Positions 52,501 through 64,000 of a stretch of 64,000 nt of DNA are shown here, in pieces. The notes beneath the pieces were generated by a model. That model saw only the letters and a program-made list of their open reading frames with translations. It did no database searches and had not been told where the DNA came from. The translations under genes were made by a program, and so were the position numbers. Location of the stretch: positions 1,105,902-1,169,901 of the forward strand of contig NW_002060959.1 of the NCBI RefSeq assembly GCF_000150275.1, in the 5' to 3' direction. This DNA is from Trichoplax adhaerens (lineage: Eukaryota > Animalia > Placozoa). Numbering within the stretch: the first letter of the stretch is position 1; every line of letters starts with the position of its first letter.

Positions 52501-55500
52501 TCTAAATATTACCATTTTTCGAAAATATAAGATACGAATATACTGTAATAGGCTCTCAAAGTTCTAATAAGAATTCAGTAAAATATGAATCAGCCCATAT
52601 AGTAGTCCTGTAATGACTGAAAATGGCTCTAATTCTAAAAGATATTATTAATACGGTACTAACTTATCCGGTGAATGCTGCAGTATTATGCAAGAGATAC
52701 CCGCCGGGAGATCTTTCATTAAATCTAAATGATTTGGGCTAATAGATATGAATTTCCATGCCTACAATTTAAGCAGTAATATAATTAACCTTTAATTATT
52801 GGATCCATTTAAGTATATAATACTTTTAAAATTAAATTGTTAAATCAGTATAGATGATTAGTTGAAATAATTAATACAAGCTTAAAACTTTTTCCATTAT
52901 ATTATAAAAATAAGTTACGGTAATTTGTGTATAAATTATAATAGAATTAATACCATACCTCACTAGTTACTTCCAGTAGATCCAAATTACTCTGTAATGT
53001 AGTAGATATGGCTTCGTTGATATCACATGATGCAATTTTAATATGTCGTCGTTGTTGTAGTAAGGCTGCTTGGCGAGATGCTGTTGGATCTCGCTGAGCT
53101 CCCATTAATGTTTCGTATAAAAATTGACTAGCTGCACAGCTCTACGTCAATAGTAAGCTTAATGTTACAATGGCGAAATCAAGCTAATTTTAAGCATTAT
53201 ATATCTCTGAGTTAATAATTTTAGATATATTGCTATTTAATAGGACAAAATATACTCCTTATACTGCTAGATTCATTATAACTACGCATAAAGCTACCTG
53301 ATGCAAAGCTAAATATTGGGCTGTTGTCAAGGGATCATATCTACCACAGCATTCCACCATTTCAAGCGCTGCCAACGATAATATATCCTAAGAGAGCGTA
53401 TTAATTAACATTGTTCCATTAGATTTGAAAACTTGGAATTAAATTATTTGTGAAGAATTTGCAAAAATCGCCGTAATTTATGCCAAAAATGCATTCAACG
53501 ATATTGTTTAAGTATAGCAGAACAACTAACTAATTTTCTGTACTTACATGATGACGATGTGACAGACAGAGATGCACACACTGAGATACGCAATCATTCG
53601 CTTGCGCTAGGTAATTTTGACTTAAACCATAATTAAACTACAGAAGCAAAGATATAAAATAGATCAAGATACCATAAATTAGCAAAATATTTCTTCAATC
53701 CAAGTAAAATCTAACACAGTTGACATAGGGCTGAGTAATCATATTGGAAGATTACTAGCGAGGCGTACTTACATATACGAGAGAATGCTTAGTAAACTCA
53801 ATATAAAGTCATTATTTAAAACAGCAAGGCTAATTTATATTGCTAACACAAACCAAACTTAATATCTCTATCATACTTCGCTGGTTAATACGATCAAAAT
53901 ATAGTACAAATACAGGAAATTTGAAAAGTAGTAATTACTATGCAGAACTGTTCAATTATAGGGCTATGGAACAAAAAGCTATTTTTAAGTGTAAAACCAA
54001 TAAAAATTTCTTTATTACCAGATATCGAATTGCACGATATTTTCTATTGCCGAATTCCAACTCGAGTTCACTTTTATCATCTCTTGCCTCATCTTGATCA
54101 GAAATGCTACCGTCGGATAATTCGTATAAATCTTTGTCATTCTTTTGGTCAGGCACCTCATTATTTAGTAAGTTTTTCTGATTATTCTGAGTCAGAAAGA
54201 TTACCGAGATAGCAATTAAATTTCGATAGAAAGTCACTTTAATTAAATGTCCTGATCTGCTATTTACGCAGATTTCTATCTATATTAAAATCTAATCTAG
54301 CATCGTGCCCTTTTTTTAATAGCTGCATATCCATATCAGTTTCAAATAATCAATGGTACTTAAGTAGTATACAATTAATATGTTTATAAACAAAGTTGAT
54401 GTGGCATACATTAATTAAAGATGATCAAATAATGCAATAGATGTATTAATGGCACTAATTAATAGGTGCTTGCTTCTTGAAATATATATAAAGCAGTTAT
54501 TCTCTATCAGACCTAATTTGCTTGTAGACGATCGATTAATTTACTTGTATTAGAAATTATTAGTTAATATCACTATTCATTATCACTATATTAGCCGACT
54601 TTGTAGACCGACAAGGCAACGTAAGTATACAGTATAATAGCATATTTGGCGCAGTTTTTACACCAATTATTGAAGCAATAAACAACTTGATTGACTATTG
54701 TACTATAAAGGTAATATTACGGAGAAAATTGCTCGGCTAAGCTGTATTTTACCGTTAAAAGTAAATCGTTCCATGGTAAAACTTCACTGGGATTAGCTTG
54801 GAAAGCTTTTAATCTTAAACTCTTACCAGCTGCATACAACACCTAACAAGAAACGATCATTAAAAATGTAGTACTAATGGGAAAACAATACAGATCAATT
54901 ACAGTAGTACCTCAGCTTTTAGCTTGATAGATGATCCAGCTAAATGATGAGCTATCGATAAATGTGTTAGTGCTTTTCCTGTGAATGTACTAATAGAAAA
55001 ATATATAGACAAGTATTGCTTTTAGTCGTAATTCATTATGAAAACTGGCAAATAGTCGTTTGATATAGATTTATTAATCCAACAGTAATTCAAGCTAGCT
55101 AATGGAAAAATGGCATTAAAATTTCGAGTTCATAAAAGGAAAAGCATTTTTACTTTATTGCTGTTTTCCAAATGGTATCAATGGAATTAGGAATAGGCGT
55201 TGGTCTGACATATTCATCGAATACCTACCAAGATTGATTAATCTTTACTGTGAATTATTAGATACATTTATGTGTAATAAAGTATAAAGCTTTACCCGCT
55301 GTACACTATCTTTCCTTGCATCAAGCTTCCGCTTTTGCTGGTCTTCTGCATCAGCTGTAATCATGATTACAATAACATGATTGGCAAACGCTAACCGAGC
55401 TTGAATACTCTCTCTTTGAACCGGCAGATTAGCTTCTCTTGGCTTTAATACAGGCTTTAACGTTGTACTATCAACATAGACATCATTTGATAACTGTACT

Positions 55501-58500
55501 GCTTCTTCGTAAGATTGCAAGGCCTAAAGATATAGAACCATAAAATATCATAGATATTGTCATTTCTTTATTGAGGTATAGAAACTCTATCAACAACTAC
55601 TATAATGAAAACATTAAGGTTACCTCAAGTAGGTACTGATGTTGATCATCTGTTGTTGACGCTACATTTGCTAACAAGCTGCCATGATGATTAAAAAAAG
55701 ATGGGTTTAACGGATTTTAAATTCAAAGATAAGAGAGTAAGAAATCATGAAATGCAATAAAAGAGTCAAAAATCTAGCCTACTTTTTCAATTTTCCTTGC
55801 TCAATTAACACTTTCGATGCTTCTCTTTTAAAACCTTCATTTTTCAAATCTTCGATAGATGTATTGTAATGCTAAGCAAAACAAGATAAAAAATAAACAC
55901 ATAATACGCCTATAACTTTTAATAGACTATTACAGCTTGTTTTCAAATGATTTATTTTGTGTCCTTGTTCTAAGTTAGTGTAGCCTTTAATTATCAAGGT
56001 GGCGAAATAATACCTCTAAAGCGGTTATTAATGTTGCATGTAATTGACTATAATTTTCCATTTCCTTCGATTCTTCCATTTCTAGTGCTGCCAATCTAAA
56101 ATCAATAGATCAGAAGCGAGAAAACAGATTTATACTTTTAGCTATTTAGATTTAGATTCTAACTCTTAGAAGTTGAAAGACCTTTCCTATTAAAATAAAC
56201 AAATACTATTTATGTTCCAATATGTATTTATATAAAATCTCGATTTAAATTACTCTATCTAAATGCTATAACATTTCATAAAAATCTTAGCCAATTTCTA
56301 ATAACCGTCTAATCTATTGAGTAAAGTCCTAAGTGAACTATATATTCTAACCCTGAGCAATGTTACCTAGCTGTTAGCAGTGCTTTGACATATGTAATAT
56401 AGTTAACTTCATTCTTCCGCTCTTCTGCTAGTTCGACTAGACAACCAATAGAATGAAGTAGTACAGTCTTTGCCTATTTTGACGTATAACGGATGAAAAG
56501 AAAGACATAAGTGAAATTTAGAATATTTTTATTTCATTGATATTCAATCATTACTAGACTCCATAATTACGCATAAAATAACTGTAATGAATGTTATACT
56601 TTGTTTCGCTTTATAAAGAAAATTAAGTAGTTTCAATGGGTTAAATTACCTGAGACTTTCGATAACTATCTTGTAACAACACATCAACTAGACATAAAAT
56701 TGTTTTTAGCCACATTCCTTTATCAACGGCATTCTTTTGAGCATCAATTAGTTTAGCTAAAGCATGCGGTATATTAGCTTCTCGATACAATATCACAGCG
56801 AGATTGTAATAAATTCTCGTCATTAGTTCCTTGTCATCGAAGACCTAGTAATAAAATTAATAAATTCTATCAGTTATTCTGCAATACGAAGAAAAAGGTA
56901 AGCTATCAAATAATCTGTAGATTTTCATAAATAATATCAATTAAAACGATTGCAAATGTATATATATATATATATATGCACAGAATTCTAAATAAGTGCA
57001 TTTCAGCCAGCTCTTAGAATAGATAAATATTTATTACCTCAGCTGAAAACTGTGCCTCAGTTAAATATTGTCGAGCGGACTGATAACGTCCCTAAATATT
57101 ATGGAGAAAGAATTAATAAATAGGTCTCTTAGGATAGAAAACTATATCAATAAATTAAGTAATTTTTACCTGCTTAATTAATAATTCCGCTGTATCTGTC
57201 CATAAATGGCGTAATGATACATTGCCAATAACAATCTTTAACGATTTGATTGCAACGGTACTATTAAACTCGAAATTTCTTATATCAATTGAATTTTTAA
57301 CAGATTTAATCGTAGTTTCTGGCTTGTCGTCGTAATCGTCTTCAAATCGAACAGTTGCTTTCTTTTTAGCTGCAATCTTTTCGCCTTCGAGTTCGACACG
57401 ATTTTGTATTTCTTGCCACTCGTGAATCTCTTCTCTCGATCTATCATTTCATGGAAATCAAGCCAAGTTAATATCTTTTATTTAAAATATAGCTCCATTT
57501 TACTTCACTACACTAGTATTTATATATATATATATATCATGAGCTTTCCATTACTAATCGTATAATCGTGTGATCACAAAGATGAAATAAGTCGCAGGAA
57601 AGCAATATTCAATTAAAAACAGCGTAGAGAATTACAGAATAAGTAATGAATAATGCCCAATTTCGAATAATATAATGAACATTTATCTTTGTTAAATTGA
57701 TATACAAAAAAATTGGCTACTATTCCGCTACAGTTCAGTTAAACTGCTAAAATAAGCTGGCATACTTTGCTTGTTCGCTCTCGTCTATAACGACATCACC
57801 GGCAATTTGTTCATGATGTTTAACACCCGATACCAAATTTAAATCTTGATATAGTTGAATGGATAGTAGACGGCTATAACTGATCAAAGTTTTATGTTCA
57901 ATCACATCCTGAGCGAGCAAAGTCATCATAGACACCAACGGTGGGCATAATTGATGATAACCAGATTGTTGACATAATTCCAAAAAATCTTTCATTATTT
58001 GAAATGTTAACATCTATTTTATAAGGAAGCAAAAGTCATTAGTGCTGTATCTATATTCAAAACTAAAAATTTTTAATCAGTAAGTAGAGAAAATAACAAG
58101 TTAGTTAATTCATGCACCTACCGGCTTATTAATTGAGATTTTGTTGAAACCACAACCAGTAGTATCGTTCTTTATAGCATTACGAAACTAGAATCCAATC
58201 AATAGCAAATGCATATAGACATAAGAGCTACTTTTACATACTATATCTTAATAATCGAACTATATTGATATTATGCAGGAAATAAGCATTAATATTTATA
58301 CGTTATTATATGCTTGTCATAGATTACATTCTTAAATAAGATATGGCGATGTACAGTAGTATATTTAGAAACTCACGACTGTACAGTGTTTTACATTTCT
58401 TGAAGATTATATCTCATTAGAACGAAATAGTTTGCATTTTATTCCTGCAAATTTTTAAATACAAAAAGTAACGATTTTTATAATGAAAATTCACTAACAT

Positions 58501-61500
58501 CATCCGGCAATTCGTAAGTGCTCCAAGCATCAATGGTGGTAGGCAGAGCCGCTGAAGGATGTATGGTGTTACTTTTTCGTTTCGGTAGTTTCAAGACCTG
58601 TAGCTGTCGGGATAGATTTTAAAAATTTGTGTTAATTAACTTATGAATGTATAAATATGGCAGCGTGGTAATCACGCCATCAAGAAATTGAAATAATTAG
58701 CCTAAATTATTTTTAAGCGTGCGCATCTACTTATAATTTAGTTCTAATATTTCTTATCCTATCGAGCTACAATCCACTTATATCAGATTTTACTTTTAAC
58801 CTCTTTTGTTGAATCTTTGTTAGCATTTTTATCTTTTGCTTTCTTTGCTTCAGCTTGTCGTTCTTGAATTAATGCTAGTTCATGCAATGTTTTACTAGCA
58901 GTTATTTGATTTAACTGCAGATGCGATAATTATAATAAATATTTCAATTAGTCGAAATTTTTAAATCATGATTATCATTACGATACAAATATAATTATTA
59001 CTAAACTTTAGACTATGATATAGGGAAACTGATATTTGGATTTATTTGGTTATTTTATCATTGCTATAGTAATAATTAAAAATTTATAAAGCCTAGTATA
59101 TATTTTGAGCATTAACGTCAGCGATATGAATATTATTAGCGCTTTAGCAAAAATACTAATAAGTCGAAGTCAGGGATATTTTACACCGAACTCTAATATA
59201 TTATTAACTTTTCAATCTGAATGATGGATATTTAAATGAATGCTTCCGTTATTGCTACTACAGTATTTAACAGAAACTATAGCTAGAAGTAGCTATTTAA
59301 AGCAGAAGCTCAATGTTAAACAAGCGTATTACCCTCCAAATCCTCATTAAGTAAGTCCAAGCAAAATGAATATATTTGCGATATTTAGGCGATGAGCGGT
59401 TGCAGGTTAACGCCATTATAACATGAATGCGTAATAAGGCTTCTAACTGTTTAACTTGTAGGATATCTTTAGCCGTAATAGGAATTTCACTTGGAATGAT
59501 ACCAATAGTTTCTTCACTTTTTATTGGAATATAGTCGGCAGGATTAATACCAAATAGTTCGTCGTCATCATCATCATCATCATCATCATCATCTTCATCA
59601 TCTTCAGTATTAATACCATTTTCCAATTTGGCCATGCCAATTTTTCTTTTCTGTTGCTTAGCATCCGCTAAATTACATAAATATATCATTAAGCTTTCAG
59701 CAGTCTTTAAATATACGTATTTGGTGCGTTAGATAAAATAAATAATTCGACAGGATCATGCTGTATTACCAAGTTTCAATTGACATACCGATTTGAAGGC
59801 GCTCCGATCGTGCCATTGATAAAATAATATCTGCCGCCCATTCAAACTGTTTAAAAAAATTACGGGTATGCCATATTCGTTAAAACAAATATGATAGAAC
59901 TGATTAGAGAATATTATCTCTGTAATATTAATAGATATGGTTACAGACTACTTGTCAGAGGCTAACATAAGTCATCTTGAAAACTACCTGATCAATAGCA
60001 TCTTGTAACGGGAATAAATGACGATGCAGCCAACAACCAAATTCAAGTAAGTAATCAAACTTTTGCCACTGACTTTCTGAATTCTATTATAAATTAAAAT
60101 AAAATTTTTCCAAACGTTTAATATCTAGTACGAGCCAAATTTGATTAATATCAATCAATACAGGATACAGTTTAGAGACTGCTATTGGATAGCGAGTTAA
60201 AAATAAATAATTTAAAGCTTACTTTAAGAACTTCAATTGAATTCTGATAGGATGATAACTGTTCCAGGCGGTCATCAGAACATTCGGCTACGTATCGCCA
60301 CATTTCTGCAACCACCCTTTCATTTTCATCCTGCAGAAACAAAATATTATATATAATTGAAGAAATTTATTAAAGTTATGCCATTAAATGGTAATACAGT
60401 CCATAACAGTGTTCATTCCAGCATATTAATCGGTTTTTACAGATTATCGAAACATAAGAAAGTTATATTACACAATTAAAGTACAATTCTGGACTATTCG
60501 AGAACAGGATTGCACTTGCATTAGACTCTACTAATTACTTACCCTGAATTTAGCAATATCAGGCAAGACATTTTTACCCAATTTAGCTTTGAATATGACA
60601 CGATGTTTAAATATTAACCTAAATAGTAAAATAAATTTGCTATCATTACTAGATATTCTCCAAAATTATGATATCAATTTTTCCACTTACAATCGATGAT
60701 GTGTTCGAGGCATGTGGCTAATTGCTTTATCCATGGCTTGGAGACCTTCCTTGTATTGATCCTATTATAACAAACCATAAATAGCAAGTTTTATTATGGG
60801 ATCTAGTTTCGCTAAATATTTATTAGGCAAAAGTTAAATAAAAAAAATGCATCAGTCCGATAGAATATACCTTGTCAGCGTAGCCTAAGAATAAAACACC
60901 ATACATAGCAGCCCGTATAGTTAAATCATCGATATATTCTTCAGCGGTTTGGTTGGAATCTTGTAAACTTTGCTTGAGTTTTGGATCCCCTTGATCAAAC
61001 GTTAATTTTGATTTTACTTCATCTGCCTACAAGATGATTTAAATTCAAACCCCAAAAATGTTTAAAGATTATTTTTATATTTCTATAACACTACCATAAT
61101 TACCTTCCATTTTAAAAAATGTTTCATAAAAAAAATACTATAATACCATAGAAATTCGCTATGATGTTAGTATATATTATAAAAAATTTTCCATACCTTT
61201 GATTTATTATGAATTCGATATAAGTCAGATATACTTTCAAGTAGAAACGTTAACGGCTCAATGAGTAGTTTCCGCTCTAATGGCGGTTTGACAAGAGGTA
61301 AGCAGGTATTCCAATAATGACGTATCGCAGACATTGCTAAAGTATAACTTCTAGCTTCTATGGCACATCTAGAAAAACGGTTGCAAGTAGTAAAAATGTA
61401 TTCTATACCTTAATTCTTTGTGAAAGTTTCAAGAAAAATATTTCGATATTATATATCATTGCTTTCATGAATAAGCAGATTTTACAATAACTACCTGACA

Positions 61501-64000
61501 CTATCAACAAATGCTTGCATGGCTAATCGGCGCTGTTCAATTCTACCACCCATGGTCTCAACATAAGCCTGACCGAGAAGAGAATTCAGCAAGCTCAACA
61601 TTTCATGGGCATAGACGTAACTAAACTGGCTGCCATTCACCATGATGCCATTATTGATTCATAAACAGATATAAGAAACATTTAATATCAGAATTACTGT
61701 TCTGTCACTAAATAGGATAGTAGCCTAGTCTTGCATATAGGTCAAAAATGAAATACTGATATTTATGCAGGAATTAGATACTATTAATGCATGTAAAAAA
61801 TTGCTATCGATATTTATGTTATTACCATTCTTGTATCTTTTGACTCTTTAATGATGTTATCTCAGTACGTGTTCCAAATTTCAGACCTTTCTCAGAGCAA
61901 CTAATGACATTATTGAAATTTTTAACTTGTAACGAGACAAGTGCTAACTTTGACCACAAATATAATTCTACGATGCAATCATTCCATGATATATTAGCTG
62001 ATTCTACCCATTTAATGGCCTATTAAAATTAATTTCAAGAAATGTTATTCAATTGGTATTAAATTTTGACTTCATTAATGCTGTTAAACATTTTTACTTG
62101 ATGTAATCGTTGAATTTTAATTATTTTATAATAATCTATCAGTCGGATGGAGTATCTCTTTAAAGCGAATAATTTAAAGTAAATTTAATCTATTTTGGTG
62201 CATTCTACATATATTATAATGGGTCATTACTTTAGAAATCTTACATCATTTAACGTTGGACAATTCACAAATTCTCCAAGTCCATTACGACTTGATGAAA
62301 TCATTTCAACAGCGGTGATTGCCTTTGATGCAGATAGTACCGGAGTTTTATTTTCATCATGTTCATGGGATAAGTTGCGTGGAATGTTTATATTTAATAA
62401 TTGGCGTAAATAAACCCATAAAGTTAACATTTTATGTCGTAACGATAAAGGTATCTTATTGTTGTCATTCGACCCATTCGTTAATGTTAATGCATTTTCA
62501 ATGATGTCCATTGCTTGTTTTAATTCAGGTGTTGCATCCGGATCAATGTTAATTATTCTAGGTACTTTCATACCTGCTGTAACTATGCTATTATCAGAGC
62601 CAGTCATACTAGATTGTACAGTACGATTACTAATAGCAGTATTCGAATGAGCGATTCCAGCAGTAGTATTGCCTCCACCTCCACCTCCACCTTTACCTTT
62701 TTCTACCTCTAAAGGTAAAACGATACGAGTAGGTAATTCGGGCAGCCATGGTTGAATAATTCCTTTAGCGAGAACATAGCTTATTTCGCTGTATAAGACA
62801 GATTCCCTACGAATACAATTTTCAAGGATTAAATGAACTGCTAAAATTGATAACTCGATATAAGCAATGGCAAACAGAATGATATTTTATGCGATATAAT
62901 GCTGCATGTCTCAAGATCTAATAGTCACATATAAGATATATATCGATTATTCGTCACTAAATAGTCGTACCCGTTGATTCCAATAGTCTTCATTGCAGTT
63001 AAGACTGGCTGAAAAACTGGTACGAATTCTCGGAAAGAGGCCTGATCAAATTTATGTTTGCAATAGTTCCATAAATAAGCTGCTGCGCTATAAACTAGCC
63101 ATGATTCACTTAATTCGCAACCAAGTTGTAATGCACGCTTAAAGTCGTTAATCGCTGTTTGCCACAATGATTTCACCCAATCACTAGTCAAAAATAAGTT
63201 AATAGATGTTAAGAGCAATATAATAATGTGCTAAAGATTAAAGCCCCTCATGCATAGCAACACTTTTCATAATATCATATCTTGTAATATGATGCATACC
63301 AATAAGTCTTCCAGTCTGGATCGTCCAGGGTATTTGTCACTTGATTTTTTTGTTTTAGTTTGGGATCCTGAGGAGGTGAAGGGCTATCTCCTAATAAAGT
63401 ACCTTCATCTCTAGACTTACAAAGATATGCCTGGACGGTAAGGTGTATTACATCAATCAGTATGCTGATAATTTATTAGCTTTTAATTAATTTTACCAAT
63501 CAAATTTCAAATTAGGTCGGAGATTAATTACATAATAATTCTATAGCTGACCTCTCCATGGATGCAATATACTTCAGCAAGTATCCTCATTAATTCAGTA
63601 TTGTTATGAGCCGTGATTTCTTCATTCGTGGCAACTAAATTTTGGACTTTTGGTAATGTTGTTTCTAATGAGCTATCATTAGCTCTGATAATATTCCAAC
63701 GACCATCATCATATAACAGACAGAATGTAGAAGCGACCCGAGCGACATCCCATACTTCTTGCTTACGTGCCAACTTTGCTAAATCGCTCCAAAGGCGTAC
63801 CCTAAGTGAGAAGTAGAGTTATAAATAATCCCTTTAATAATTTGATTCTTTAATGCTTATTTTTGCCTTTTTTCTTAGTTTTACTAATTAATTATGGAGG
63901 AGATTTTTTAATTCAATTATAATACTATGCTTTCAGACAGAGCACAGCCGATTATGCAGTCATACTATTCATGGTATGGTAGTATGCGCCGTAAATTGCA
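49556..64000 (-). CDS. CFAP46: Cilia- and flagella-associated protein 46 (TTC40); many exons; 5' part lies beyond the window
   Basis: TPR-like helical exons (ARKQEVWDVARVASTFCLLYDDGRW, WLVYSAAAYLWNY, RHYWNTCLPL, WQKFDYLLEFGCWLHRHLFP). C-terminal CHAT/separase-like region: LVILADKELLRLPLEA...SISRDFSLQIL, PSLGEWQRIL, LEEPLETAALFTLSGVGSVVINQW, YNTVIYGLPNL*. Family recognised from memory. Confidence 0.8.
59558..59606 (-). repeat. Coding (GAT)n microsatellite giving a poly-Asp tract in CFAP46
   Basis: (TCA)n run on the + strand that translates on - as EDDEDDDDDDDDDDDE. Confidence 0.85.

Noticed and set aside
1-64000. Transposase/reverse transcriptase ORFs, tRNA or rRNA genes
   Set aside because: None recognised by eye. 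Small ncRNAs could be missed without a covariance-model search.

Overview
AT-rich, gene-dense eukaryotic DNA with many short GT-AG introns and animal-type proteins. It is consistent with an early-branching metazoan such as a placozoan, which is inference only. Gene order: a head-to-head pair of intronless GH20 beta-hexosaminidases, both ending in ER-retention-type signals (RDEL, KDEL); PSMD4/Rpn10 (+); an NSD-family H3K36 methyltransferase (-); BBS10-like chaperonin (+); an unnamed 19-exon gene (-) that I assembled by hand; BNIP1/Sec20 (+); a single-domain hexokinase (+); and CFAP46 (-, 5' end outside the window). Five local tandem arrays and two smaller duplications are present, and three of the arrays sit at promoters. 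The main candidate for a new system is the 19-exon gene at 29529-35348. It encodes about 865 aa with the architecture [ubiquitin-like/SPATA1-like repeat]x2 - TIR (catalytic Glu kept) - TIR (Glu replaced by Gln) - SLOG. That places the signal-making and signal-sensing domain types of bacterial Thoeris immunity in one intron-containing animal protein. Exon boundaries were read by eye and no database searches were run.
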